Source: Amphiscolops sp. MND2022 (Eukaryota). Taken from it: a stretch of DNA of 64,000 nt. The notes under the pieces are model-generated. The model was not told the DNA's origin, ran no database searches, and saw nothing but the letters and a program-made list of their open reading frames with translations. Where the stretch lies: contig OZ076415.1 in assembly GCA_964187785.1 (NCBI GenBank), positions 22,010,001 to 22,074,000 on the forward strand, read 5' to 3'. Positions 50,538-62,501 of this stretch are shown here, one piece after another. A program made the translations under genes and the position numbers. How positions within the stretch are numbered: position 1 is the stretch's first letter; every line of letters begins with the position of its first letter.

Positions 50538-53500
50538 ATGCTCACTAAATTCGAGACAAAAACTGCTCGGGTGAAAGGTATGTGCTCGCTATTATTGTTA
50601 ACATGTTGCTTACACCTTGTTTGATGATTTTCATTTTTTTAGGTTTATCTTTCCACCCTAAACGACCATGGGTCTTGGCCAGTTTACACAGCGGTGTCGT
50701 CCAATTGTGGGACTTCAGAATGTGCACCTTGATTGACAAATTTGACGAACATGACGGTTGGTTTCTGTATTTCTCAAACTAAGCTCTTATAATTTTCAAA
50801 AATTGTTTCATGGCATAGCATAAGTTCAGGTAAATAATTGTTCACCAATTAGGTCCTGTGAGAGGAGTCAACTTTCACATGCAACAGCCGCTTTTTGTGT
50901 CTGGAGGTGATGATTACAAGATCAAGGTTTGGAATTACAAGCAAAAGCGCTGTTTGTTCACACTACTTGGCCATTTGGATTATATTCGAACAACATTCTT
51001 CCACCACGAATATCCCTGGATTCTTAGTTGCTCCGATGATCAGACGATTCGGATCTGGAACTGGCAGAGTCGGTCGTGCGTCAGGTATTTTTGTATTTAC
51101 TGATTTGCATATAATTTGCTTCCGTTGTTCTGCCATGATTTTTTCCCGTAAAGTAATATCGGATCATAAATGCTGCTTAAGGCGTTCTTAAGGGTAATTT
51201 TGTTCCAGTGTCTTGACTGGCCACAACCATTATGTGATGTGTGCAAATTTCCATCCAACCGAAGACTTAGTAGTTTCCGCTTCCTTGGATCAAACCGTAC
51301 GAGTTTGGGATATCTCTGGACTGCGCAAGAAAAACGTTTCCCCTGGTTCAGGGATGGGCATGGATTCCCATCGAAGTTCTGGTAATGCTGGATCGGTTGA
51401 CTTGTTTGGAAGCGCAGACGCCGTTGTCAAACATGTTCTCGAGGGTCATGATCGAGGGGTCAATTGGGTCTCGTTTCATCCAACTTTACCTCTGATCATC
51501 AGCGCAGCCGATGACAGGATGTGCAAAATCTGGCGTATGAATGACTCGAAGGCTTGGGAGGTCGATACTTGTAGAGGACATTACAACAATGTCTGCTGTG
51601 CCTTGTTCCATCCGATGCTTGAGACCATCATCACGTGCAGTGAAGACAAGTCGATCAGAATTTGGGATATGAACAAGCGGTAATTATTGTTTGCTTGTAG
51701 TAGCATTCTTTCTCAGAAATATTTACCAATGAATGATTTTGCAGAGTGCGATACAAACTGTTCTTAAGGTATCATGTTGTAGATTTTTCTGAATACGGCA
51801 ATTTCAAAAATACGATTAGGGAAGTGAAGGATACATTAATTTTTTTCATACTCTTCAAAATTATTCTTTGACAATTCGTATGATATTTCGATCACGTGAA
51901 ACTTTTCTTCTGAGTTTGCTCGTTATTGCGGCGTGAAATATCGAGCCGTGTGAAATGAAATTCTGTAGCTCCATCGTAATTTCATGATTGTTGTCCTTTT
52001 TAGAACATGCTTGCAGACGTTTAGAAGAGATCATGACAGGTTCTGGGTTGTGACTGCACACCCTACCCTCAACCTGTTCGCTGCCGGTCATGACGGAGGA
52101 ATGGTATGTTGCAAATTCTCTTCTTTCTGTTTGAGAAGTCATCTCTGACACCTTTTTATTGTTTTTTTTTCAATTACACTTCTGAAAAGTTAGTTTTCTT
52201 TCCGTTATTTTTAATTTTTGATCAAACGTATGCCGTATGATTTGTATCAGTTTTTGTGTTAACCTGAAGTCGAAACATTACTCGTCAACTTCTGTTGATT
52301 GCAGGTCGTGTTCAAACTGGAGCGAGAGAGGCCGGCGTTTGCTGTGTCGCACGCGGAAAACCAGCTGTTCTACGTGAAAGACAAGTACATCCGTATGCTC
52401 GACTTCAACACCAACAGAGACAACCCGGCTCTACAAATCAGAGCGTAAGACCAATCATACTTTTTACAACCGTGGAAAAGTTCCATTTTACGAATTATAC
52501 TTTGTTTTCGTCTAGAAGTGTTTCCTGATTTTTTAATCGGGTTCGTATTTCGTATTGGGGCAAAGGAAGGTCCTTTAGTATATGCAAAAGCAACTCGTGT
52601 CAAACAATTTCCTTGTTTCCAAACTTTGTGAAACATTTCCGACATGAGAGAAAGTCCAGTAGTTCTCATATAGTTGACATCCTGGAGTTGTTCGGAATGC
52701 CAGACTACAGGAAATTTCGTATTATTGCAATTTCAACCAAAACCAATCTTTACTAATTGGTCCCATATCGTTATAAAATTATTTTAGGCCGTTTTGATTC
52801 TACATTTATAAAATCAAATACGCTAACTTCTCTCGCTGCTGTAATATTTTACGCCAATTTTGACTTTTTCATGATTGAACCATAATTAAAGCTGTTTGGT
52901 TCATCGATAACTACTGATAACTCGGGTGAATTAGGAGCAATTAGCCAAAACTAATTTAGGTTGAAAGTGCAATAGGTTAAAAATGTGAGAAGTGTAAATG
53001 GCAAGAGTTCACCCAAGAAACTGCAATGGGTGGAAACTGAGATATATATGCCTAATCGGTGCTTTTTGCACATGACGAAGTCAATGTGCATTGCAGTCTA
53101 GCTAAAGAAGTTTTTTTCCACAATAGTCAACTTGATAATGAGCGCCTTTTAGAAAAGAGCCAAAACCCCAGAGAGATTCGAACCTGCAGCCTCCCGATTG
53201 CACGGCATAAGCGTTGACCACTGTGCCATAGGGACGTTATTGAACAAAGTTGAACTGTTGAATATATACGCATGCGATTGAATATATACGATTTATATAT
53301 ATATGAATTCGCCTCTGTGTTAATTATGCAATAAGTTCGCAAATTTTTCTCGGCGGCGAGTATTGTATTGATGAATCATTTCCAATCGGTGCTCCTGTGA
53401 AGAAACGTTGCATGAAGATATACGAAGGAATCCTTAATGATACTGTTGTCTCGGCTATTCTTTCGGCTTATTCTTCTGATTTCTTTTCGAATTGTCATGA

Positions 53501-56372
53501 GGTGAAGCTTTTTCCAATTACAAATGATTTTCTTTCCGATAACATTTTTGCCAAATAATAATAATAATAATAATTGAATTTATCTGGTGATACATAATTG
53601 ACATAAAAATATCAAATCAAGTTACGATAAAAATGCACCAGAAAAGACTCCCAAAGGGCTTACGCCCGCTGGAAGGGAGCCTTAGCGAATTAAAAACAAC
53701 GAAGTGTATGGTTAACATGATTAATCATACTGACTAAACCTATAGTCAAATGAGAAAATTCTAAGACGACAATGAAAAAAAAAACGAGACGGAAGAAAAG
53801 TATCGGAAAGAGAACGGAAAATTACCTTCAATACTTGACATTTGCTTCATCGGCAGTGGACGAGCTAAGCCGGCTCTTTTCTGTTCACCACCCCCCCCCC
53901 CACCACCAAAATTTTTGGAAGTAAATTTCCTTAAAAACTTTAGATACCCTAATTAAAAGTAAAACCTTCTTTCATAATGGGAAGATAACGTCTATTGGAA
54001 CGTCTAATGGATTAGTTTTTTGCTTGAACAAAACATTGTTCACGCTTTTTGACTATAATTATGTTCGCACTAAATGTTTATTGATGACTCAAAACAGGAA
54101 GCTGTTGAAGTCTTCATCAAAAATGCGTGACTACATATTGAAAAATGTGAACAAAGTTTGTATCTGAATCCTAAACGGTCACACTAAGAATAAATGTAAA
54201 TTTGAAGCTTTCTGATTTGTATTTAAATCTTTGTTATTAGATTTTCACTAGTTTTCCAAAAAAATTTTTGGTGGTGGGGGGGGGGAAACAGAAAAGAGCC
54301 GCTAAGCCCTAGTATCTAAAGCGATTCAACTCCCAACCAACTAAAACGTACAGAGTTATTTCGGGAAAAACGTCAAAAAAAGGTGAAAAAATCCGAACTC
54401 AGAGCGACTTAATACATCATTTTGGTGAAATTATAATATACTTTATCAAAAATTTGTCAGTGTGCAGCGTGAAAATTGTTCCATTGTGAAGACCAAATAA
54501 AATTGAAAAAAATTTTGTGGCAATGCTGATGTTCAAATACGCGGAGCACGTCACGGCATGGAAATATTAGTCATTTCACGATTTTTTGTGGCGCGAATCG
54601 TCACAAAGGACATTCGCACTGCAGTCGGATTTTACTGCATATTGTACAGTCGTGTGATGAAAGAATTGAACCTCTTTGTGACAAAAATGCATAAAACTCC
54701 CTTAATTTTTCCGAATTTTAAGGAAGATTTCGAATTTCTACGAAAGAGGCCAGAAGGAATGTTTCGGATTTTTGTCTTATTAGCAATCCTCTCAAAGTTT
54801 TACCATAAGAAAGTTTGCAAATATTTTTCTCATGTTTCTTACTGGAAATTTTTCACTGCCTAAATTAAGAGCAGAAGCTAGTCATTATTTGCTCTTTGAT
54901 ATTCTTCAAGCTGACCATCATTGAAGAAATGTTCAAAAATCCTAATTCGTTGGGCTTCCCAACTTCGAAGTCATCAATAGTGGGTAATTTTTTGGAGAAT
55001 ATCAATTCGGAAAATGCATGTAGTTGAAAGCTTGATGCTGTCGATTGAAGAATTCAATTCTTTTAATCATGACAATTTGCCTGAGAATTCTTGAAGTGGT
55101 ATTTTCAGTCGCTTTCGCTCCGACCTAAAGTTTGGGGTTCGCCAAAACCATTCATGGTCAGACATTGTATTGTTTTCAATTGCTGTTGATTGTTTCTTGT
55201 TGTAATAGTTGTACGATCTGTTGCGCCTTTGCAATGTTGGGAAATTGAGTTGCCTTTATAAAAAAACTTGTATTAAAATTGGTATTGAAGAAATTGTGTG
55301 CACAAATGGTGCACTGTTCCGTGGAAAGTAAAGTACTATATACGTATTTTGCATTGGATTATTTAGTTAGTTAGATATGTAGCTCTTTTATCCATGAAGG
55401 CATGTCCTCTCTGGCGGAAGAAATTAAATACACATCGTAAAAAAGTTTAGTGGCTCCTCCACTCGTTATGAGGATAAGGAACGAAGATGAATTTCTAGTA
55501 ATTGAGTCACTGAAAAGTATTGAAAAATAGCCGCCCCCGGAATAAAAGCCGCACTGTTCTTCCTTGGACAAGAGCATGTTAAACATTCGATTCTACCCCA
55601 AAGTTGTTTGACATGTGTTTGTGTCTTTGCCACTCAGCGTTTGTGTTCAGCGAATGAAAACCGCCTTCTATTGGAAACCGAACTTGTGGAACGATCGCAA
55701 AATGGAAGCCGTGGCTTCTTTTTGGATAAATAGTTTAAGTGCCATATTCAATTTTGTTTCGTTACCAAAACGCTTCACTTCGTTCTTTTTATTTCAGGAG
55801 CAAGCATAACCCATTCAGCCTGGCGTACAATGCCTCGGAGCGGGCGTGTCTGATAGTGACAAGAATGAGCAACAACCTGGAGAACAGCATCTACGAGCTG
55901 TACCAGCTCCCTAAAGAGGTAGACTCTTCCAGCCAGCCCGATTCCAACGATGGCAAGAGATCAGCCGGAATAGCCGCTGTCTGGGTTGCCAGGAACAGAT
56001 TTGCAGTGCTCGATAAAAGCAACACGGTACTTGCATTGACGTTTGATTTGAGAAATTTGAAAAAGGTTTAAACGCTTGAAAGTCTTGATTTCAGTAAAGT
56101 TTCGCATTAAAGTTGATATATTCCAATTTGAATTTTTTTCGACATTGTTGAGTACAAACGTTGATTTTGATTTAACTTGATTTAGTTTTTACCCAATTAT
56201 TGGTGTTCCTTCCAAGCAATTTGAGCGCGAATCAATAAATGTAGGTAGTCTTTCTTTCTAGATCCATATCAAGAACTTGAAAAACGAGATCATGAAGAAA
56301 GTTAGTGTGCCCAATGTCACTGATATCTTCTACGCCGGAACTGGAATGCTTCTGCTGCGGGAATTGGATCAA
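50538..56372 (+). CDS. COPA: Coatomer subunit alpha, N-terminal WD40 region (partial; 8 coding exons)
   Basis: Exons 50538-50577, 50643-50756, 50853-51084, 51209-51679, 52004-52103, 52305-52444, 55798-56026, 56262-56372, all GT-AG and in frame: [31 protein letters not shown]...[10 protein letters not shown]...FRRDHDRFW...[10 protein letters not shown]...[13 protein letters not shown]...[12 protein letters not shown]. No further exon recognised before 64000. Confidence 0.97.
53166..53234 (-). mobile_element. tRNA-derived SINE head or tRNA pseudogene in COPA intron 6
   Basis: Minus strand has A box TGGCACAGTGG and B box GGTTCGAATC; cloverleaf stems pair poorly. Confidence 0.55.
53554..53700 (-). 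mobile_element. LINE/SINE 3' tail remnant ending in a (TTA)n/(AAT)n tract
   Basis: (AAT)7 at 53554-53574 next to a GC-rich stem-loop (CTCCC..GGGC-TTAC-GCCC..GGGAG). Confidence 0.4.
53872..54300. mobile_element. MITE, 429 bp, with terminal inverted repeats and an 8-bp TSD (GCTAAGCC)
   Basis: Left GGCTCTTTTCTGTT..C-run..ACCACCAAAATTTTTGGAA is mirrored at the right end; GCTAAGCC at 53864-53871 and 54301-54308. Confidence 0.88.
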
Positions 56373-57999
56373 GTAAGTTGTCTCGTTGTAGGTTGATTAT
56401 AAAATAATTCATGGTATGGTTGTTCCAGTGAGTTTGAAAGCAGGGTTGCAATCAATTCAAACCGCTATACGATTTTTGAAATATGCAAATCTAGGTAAAA
56501 CTGATTCGATTAGATGACGAAAAGCGAAGAAAACTTTTGCTACGAAATGAAAACTAATTTTCTTTTATCATACTAATTTTCTTTTATCATAACGTTTTTT
56601 TCCGCCCATATTTCATATAAATATTTAAATCAAACTGTTTTTTTACAAAATTTGCCAAGCATCAAATTTAAATTTAATTTTAAGGGTGTTACCCATAGAA
56701 TTCAACTTATGTAAATTTAGCTTCGTGCTTCGTGCGATATGTATTTGTGGAGAATTCTGGACTTTTTTAGTTGACCCCATGGACCCAAAAATGAGAAAAT
56801 TTACAAAAATTTCCTATTTTTACGTTTTAGTAATTTTTCGATAGATATCGTGAATTAGATTGTTGAAAACGTTCAACAAGGCACGAACTCGTTGTCCAGT
56901 AGTCTTCTATTCAGAGATAATTGCTGTTTTTAATATTTCTGCTTTAGCAGGAATGTTATTGAAATCTGAAAGTGTCTACTTTTTTCAGTACAATTTTTGG
57001 GACGATACTGAATAATTCAGATATTTTGTTCGGCAGTGACTATAAGCGTAAGAATTTAATTTCTCAAGCTGCCGACGACAATTCAATTCTCGTGCGATGG
57101 AACGAGCGAGTGGTAATTATGCATTCGTATGCTGACGTCATTGAGATGAAGCGAATGAGTGTTAATCATTCGTTCGTTGAGAGCTTTGCCTGCATTCCAA
57201 TGCGAATGGGAAACTTCGTCTGCGCTTAGTAGTTATATTTTCTCAGTCCGAGAAGAATTAAAAGTGGTGTAAACTTGTACAGTGATTAATTGTGACTAAA
57301 TAATGATTAAACAGGAGTGTGTTTGTATTCCAGATATGATTCTATTATTAATGAAAGATTAAAGCAGAAATAGTACTGAGCCCCGGAGGGGCCTATTTTT
57401 TGAGATTGGAAAACTTCGGTGAGATGAAAGCTTCCAAGAGCTCTAGATGATAAACCTAGCGATGGGAGCTTTCCATGAACCACTAGTAGAGTGTTGAAGT
57501 AGATTGTGATTTTGTATAGGTGTTCAATCTGTGTAAGGATCAATTCTAAATGTTCTGTATGATTAATGTCCATTGTAACGTGACTTTTACAATCCAAACG
57601 CCTTAACATAATTCGTGGTAATAAATTACGGACGTTACAATTGGGTAAGTGTTGAGTTTGACAAAAATGTCAACGTTGTGGATGGAGAAATATGTAGAAA
57701 AAGTATTATGATGGAAAGAACATGAGTAAAAGAGGGTTTGTATGTAAAGTAGACTGGACAAGAAAAATGTAGCGTTGGTATTAATTGGATACATGTGAAA
57801 TATTTTAATTTCAGGGCCAATGTGTTTATGAGGAATTTATTTATTGAAATAACAGTCAATATAAAAATGTTTACCAGATAGACCTAATTAGGTAGCGTTT
57901 AGAAATAAATTAAAAATAAGAAACCAAAATGTAAGGAAGTTTATTGTTAGTTAATAAAATTCAGTGACAATCATGTAGTGGTGAAAAAAATGAATGTGG

Positions 58000-58753
58000 G
58001 GAAATTTAGTTTGAAGCCAAAACGGAGTGCAAATTATACATATAGATCTCATTACCAGTCATGATATGAAAGAAACCATTGCAGTACATGTTAATTAGCA
58101 CATCATTTAACATGGAGCACAAGATCACTAAACTTCATTTGAATTATCACACATTGTAAACAAATGGAAATGCTAACAAAAACACATTTATGTAACAATT
58201 TTACCCTTTCAAAATAGATTTAAAGCCGACACAATGAAAATTTCGGCTGCTATTCACAAGTCCGAAAATAAATTTGAGTTGCACAAGTCCGAAAATAAAT
58301 TTGGGTTGCACAAGTCCGAAAATAAATTTGGGTTGCACAAGTCCGAAAAAGTGCTTCATATTTGTTGTATGGCTCGGAAATTTAGTTTGAAGCCAAAACG
58401 GAGTGCAAATTATACATATAGATCTCATTACCAGTCATGATATGAAAGAAACCATTGCAGTACATGTTAATTAGCACATCATTTAACATGGAGCACAAGA
58501 TCACTAAACTTCATTTGAATTATCACACATTGTAAACAAATGGAAATGCTAACAAAAACACATTTATGTAACAATTTTACCCTTTCAAAATAGAATTAAA
58601 GCCGACACAATGAAAATTTCGGCGGCTATTCACAAGTCCGAAAATAAATTTGGGTTGCACAAGTCCGAAAATAAATTTGGGTTGCACAAGTCCGAAAATA
58701 AATTTGGGTTGCACAAGTCCGAAAAAGTGCTTCATATTTGTTGTATGGCTCGG
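58000..58753. repeat. 376-bp tandem duplication, each unit with 3+ copies of a 27-bp minisatellite (CACAAGTCCGAAAATAAATTTGGGTTG)
   Basis: Units start at 58000 and 58376 (GGAAATTTAGTTTGAAGCC); nearly identical. Confidence 0.93.
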
Positions 58754-59982
58754 TCGCTTCGCTCCCTTCGCCAAGTAGCAACATTGAGGCATGGCCATAT
58801 GGCACGTCGCTCCGCTTCGCTTCGCTCCTGCATTCAGGGCACTAGGAGTATGTGAACATAGCTGACTAGGAGAAATTGAAAAATTCATTTTAAAAATCTT
58901 TGAACGGACTTCGTTCCGGTCCGCCCGCGTCAACCAATCAGATTGCAGAGAATTATACAGTGCTAAGTATTTCTTATGCTGGATATCTGAAATCTTATTG
59001 GACGATAAAAATTTAATTTTATTCTTTCGGACTTGTGACCCGACACCAAAATTTCCATGAAATTTTGAAAACCGTTGTATTCAGCATTCGTGATTGCTAC
59101 AATGTATTGTCTCGGCCAGAATTGTTGTAGTTAAATGTAAGACATAATGGAATTGTTTTAAAGTACATACCATGTAGATTGTTTGTATGGGGTTATAAAT
59201 ACCACAGGAATTGATCAATGTAATTAAATTACCACGAACACATGACTCAAAACGTTGAATAAGAAATGAATGGACTATGGTGTTATAGACATGGTAATGT
59301 AAGGTAAAGAAATCTGTACTACGCATTCAACTAAAAAGTACAATTACACCTTCATGATTATAAAAAAAGCATAATATATGAAATGTTAGTGTAACATTAC
59401 AAACAAAGTACCCGTGATACATTTTGTTAATCATTTGCTAATTCACGTACCTAAAGTGTCTAAATGAAGTAACCTGGATGCATGAAGCAGAATATGGATA
59501 AAAATCATTTGCTGCATTACAATGAGAAGCAATTGGCCACTGAGCAATAAAAGATACGGGATTAAATTGTTACAAAAGGTTATATCATTGGAAACCAGCA
59601 ACACAGGATTTTTATGTTGGGATTGGAAAATGAAAGCAAATAGAAATTCAAAAAGTTTCCTGAGCAATCAAACGTACAACAAACCTCCTAGGTAGAGCCA
59701 GCGTGACCCACCTCGGACATTAAATACTGAACGATAAATGATTGGGAAAATGGTTTAGGGAATAGTTATATATTGGCAGTATCTGGACTACCGTAAATCA
59801 TCAAAGCATCATCTGTTGTTGCTCATTGAGGGGCGCTACAGGAATTATTGCTGATAAGTGGTAGGCAAAATTGCCATTCGTGCCACGCTTTTCGTCGATA
59901 GCGGGAGTAGTTGGTTATTATATCCTACTAACAAATCGATGGGGGGGGGTCAGGCAAAATAAAATTTCTACCAAAGACTCTG

Positions 59983-60054
59983 AGTCCCTCCCGGGACTCG
60001 AACCTCGCCGGTTGAGTTAATGGGCCAGCGACCTAACCACTATGCCACGAGACC
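59983..60054 (-). mobile_element. tRNA-derived SINE head or tRNA pseudogene
   Basis: GGTCTCGTGGCATAGTGGTTAGG...GGTTCGAGTCC; acceptor stem partly pairs, anticodon and T stems do not. Confidence 0.55.
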
Positions 60055-60141
60055 ATCTCAACGAGTCCATAAGGGTTCTTCGAACAACGATCATTCATTC
60101 TTTTCCTAAAAGTTATCTGAGACGGTTGGCCCTATAGTAAC

Positions 60142-60411
60142 ATGAACAGGACTCAATTGATTTGGGTAGTGATTTTGACCTTCACGTTTATTGTTGCAAT
60201 TCTTACAACTTCAATATTATTAATTACTAATTCTCAAAACGAAACGACCAATAACAGTGGGAACAATACAGACTCTTGTTCAGAAGAATTTACAGGTTAT
60301 TGCATGAATGGTGGTTACTGCTATTACCTAGAAGAGCAACAAACAGTCGCGTGTGAATGTCCGGAACTTTATGGTGGAAAAAGGTGTGGAAAGTTTTTAT
60401 GGTTTACTTGA
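60142..60411 (+). CDS. Intronless EGF-family ligand with N-terminal membrane anchor or signal
   Basis: Hydrophobic residues ~6-29, N-x-S/T sequons in the spacer, then six-cysteine EGF module CSEEFTGYCMNGGYCYYLEEQQTVACECPELYGGKRC. Confidence 0.85.
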   Translation: MNRTQLIWVVILTFTFIVAILTTSILLITNSQNETTNNSGNNTDSCSEEFTGYCMNGGYCYYLEEQQTVACECPELYGGKRCGKFLWFT

Positions 60412-61153
60412 AAATGCACGTGGAAAACGTTTAAATCAAATGTTCAATTGAACATTTAAAAAGACTCGAAGAACAACGCTCACTCTCAGCAAAAATTTAT
60501 ACAAGAGATGAAAGATTAATATTTCGTAACTACGTTTTGGCATTATGTCACGAAATGGCACCTTCAGGCAAAATTACCCAGCTCCAACCAAAGATTATCA
60601 TACCACGGATCAATCAAGTCTACAAAAAGTCAAAAGTTTACAGGCTAGCCATGGTTATCCACGAATCTACTCGATTGATTGCTGAAAATTATGAACGAGT
60701 CTGGGCAGGTCGCGCTATCGAAGATTGTCTTCACAGCTATCATCATGTAAGCAGAATCCAATGTTTCCTCTTGGCTTTGAAATTTAAACAATCATTTGTT
60801 GATGAATTCAGTTACCTCAGATGTTAACTTCATTTTGTATTAACCGTTTTGGAAAAAATAGTTGGCAATGACACTTCTTATCCTGGACCGTTTCTGGAAT
60901 TCCTCAAACATCGAAACTACTCTGGTCAAAATACCTTTAGTTTTGAATTCAGAGAAGAAACAGGAAGCATTTTGCCTTTATTATAACAACAGCTTGCTCC
61001 AATTGCTGGTTGTCTTGATTATCCTCAAATATCTCTTTTCAGCATTCATGCAAAGGCGACAGTATTAATTCTTACTGGTTACCGCCAAATTGTATTAGAC
61101 CATTGAAGAATCAATCATTCTGCCATAAAACGTCTCGCTGATCACTCGCTCAA

Positions 61154-61759
61154 ATGTTAAACTCTGATTTCTTAGTTATATATTTTGAAGGTTTCCGTCA
61201 CAAATCTCAACAATTTATACCCAAAGAGATTTCTGTTAGAGGCGCCAACTATCAAGACACTATTCTTTTGCAACCGCCGGTGAAATTTTCTCTATTAGCA
61301 GAAGAAAATGAAAAGACTTACGCCTGGTTAACAGAGAACCTACACGGCATTGTTTGGGAGGCTGGGAATTACGATCACACATTCATTTTCAATTTCTTCA
61401 ACGCGCTCAAACTTAGATTTCCAAACAGTACCGTTTTTTCAAAAGGTACCGAGAAGTGCACTTTCTTGAGAAATTTCTTCTTCAGTGTGGTCGACTTGGA
61501 CACTCTTGGTTGCCCCAAAGCATCTCAGTTTAGCTATTGTTCAACAAAAGTTTGTCCGAATCATCAAAAGTCTTACAAACTGAATCACTGTGCTCGAGAA
61601 AAAGTGACATTATTCTACAACTGGTTGTTCAATTACTTTCAAAATTCCCATCATGAATGCAGTCGATGCAACAGCCAAAGAGCACAACATACAGCTATCC
61701 CTATCCCCGAATTTGAGCCTCTCAGTTACAACAACCTTGGAGGTAACACGTGGCGCTGA
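61154..61759 (+). CDS. DEDD/DnaQ-like exonuclease-fold protein typical of Polintons
   Basis: VIYFEGFR..FIPKEISV, WLTENLHGIVWEAG, KGTEK, DLDTLGCPK, C..H....HCA..KV; the first catalytic Asp position appears to be Tyr. Confidence 0.65.
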   Translation: MLNSDFLVIYFEGFRHKSQQFIPKEISVRGANYQDTILLQPPVKFSLLAEENEKTYAWLTENLHGIVWEAGNYDHTFIFNFFNALKLRFPNSTVFSKGTEKCTFLRNFFFSVVDLDTLGCPKASQFSYCSTKVCPNHQKSYKLNHCAREKVTLFYNWLFNYFQNSHHECSRCNSQRAQHTAIPIPEFEPLSYNNLGGNTWR

Positions 61760-62177
61760 AGCCAAAATAAAATTAGTCAAAGATGAATTCAAGCAGGTTG
61801 GCAGTCACAAACTTTTGAGAAAGGGTGTTATACAGTTGACTGCATCCGAGTATTCGCAATTGAAGACTAGTTTCGAAACCATTGACAGTTTCATTACTTT
61901 TGTAAACCAAAATGCCAAGCAAACGACTACAGCATCTGATGGAGGCCCACAATATCAAACCGCTCAAGCTACCACCAAAGTATTCTCGTCCCATCAAACT
62001 TACGGCATCAAAGATCCAAAGTTACCGCGACAAATTTCAGAGGAATTGGCCGAGCGCAACGATGTGTTGGAGGTTGCCTACTTTCCACCAGCACAAACAA
62101 AAGTCAAGGGCGAGTACCGAATAAAACTCAAGTCTAGTGATGAATTTAACATTTTCATATTTTATACTGCTACATAA
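61653..62177 (+). CDS. PC4-like ssDNA-binding domain protein
   Basis: LRKGVIQLTASEYSQLK resembles the PC4 KKGISLT.EQW..LK motif; overlaps the upstream ORF. Confidence 0.5.
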   Translation: MNAVDATAKEHNIQLSLSPNLSLSVTTTLEVTRGAEAKIKLVKDEFKQVGSHKLLRKGVIQLTASEYSQLKTSFETIDSFITFVNQNAKQTTTASDGGPQYQTAQATTKVFSSHQTYGIKDPKLPRQISEELAERNDVLEVAYFPPAQTKVKGEYRIKLKSSDEFNIFIFYTAT

Positions 62178-62186
62178 TAGTCGTGT

Positions 62187-62501
62187 TTGTTATCAATTCA
62201 TTTTTCACAATCAAGAAAATTTTCAAGTATGACTGAGGTAGTTATCACTGAAGATGATGGCATAGGCAGTATGGAATCAAACGAAGAAGAAAGCGTAAGG
62301 TCATTGTGGAAGTTTTGCAATTCAATCACTTTACCAAGATCAGAGGTTGTCTTTTTTACTCAGGCAACACTATTTTTCATTCTTGTAATTGCTAGTTTGT
62401 TGAAACTTATTCTAGACAGACCGCCGTGCGAAGAAATGTCAGTGTGGTTTTCACTATTATTTGGAGCAGTTGGTTACACTCTACCTAATCCTAAACTATG
62501 A
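62187..62501 (+). CDS. Small two-helix membrane protein of Polinton type
   Basis: EVVFFTQ..FFILVIASL...WFSLLFGAVGYTLPNP; its stop overlaps the ATPase start (ATGA). The true start may be the ATG near 62230. Confidence 0.6.
   Translation: MLSIHFSQSRKFSSMTEVVITEDDGIGSMESNEEESVRSLWKFCNSITLPRSEVVFFTQATLFFILVIASLLKLILDRPPCEEMSVWFSLLFGAVGYTLPNPKL

Noticed and set aside
56972-57859. Further COPA exons or other genes among the short ORFs after exon 8
   Set aside because: None translate to the expected continuation (TLFDVQQKR-like) or to any recognisable domain.
58255-58730. 27-bp repeats as a CRISPR array or as a HKSENKFGL repeat protein
   Set aside because: The repeats are contiguous with no spacers, there are no cas genes and the context is eukaryotic; the short ORFs are by-products of a repeat length divisible by three.
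59900-59915. AGTAGT as the Polinton left terminus
   Set aside because: The hexamer alone is too short, the other end is outside the window, and a SINE-like sequence lies between it and the first ORF.
53166-60054. Two functional tRNA genes (53166-53234 and 59983-60054)
   Set aside because: A and B boxes are present but the anticodon and T stems do not pair properly; better explained as SINE heads or pseudogenes.
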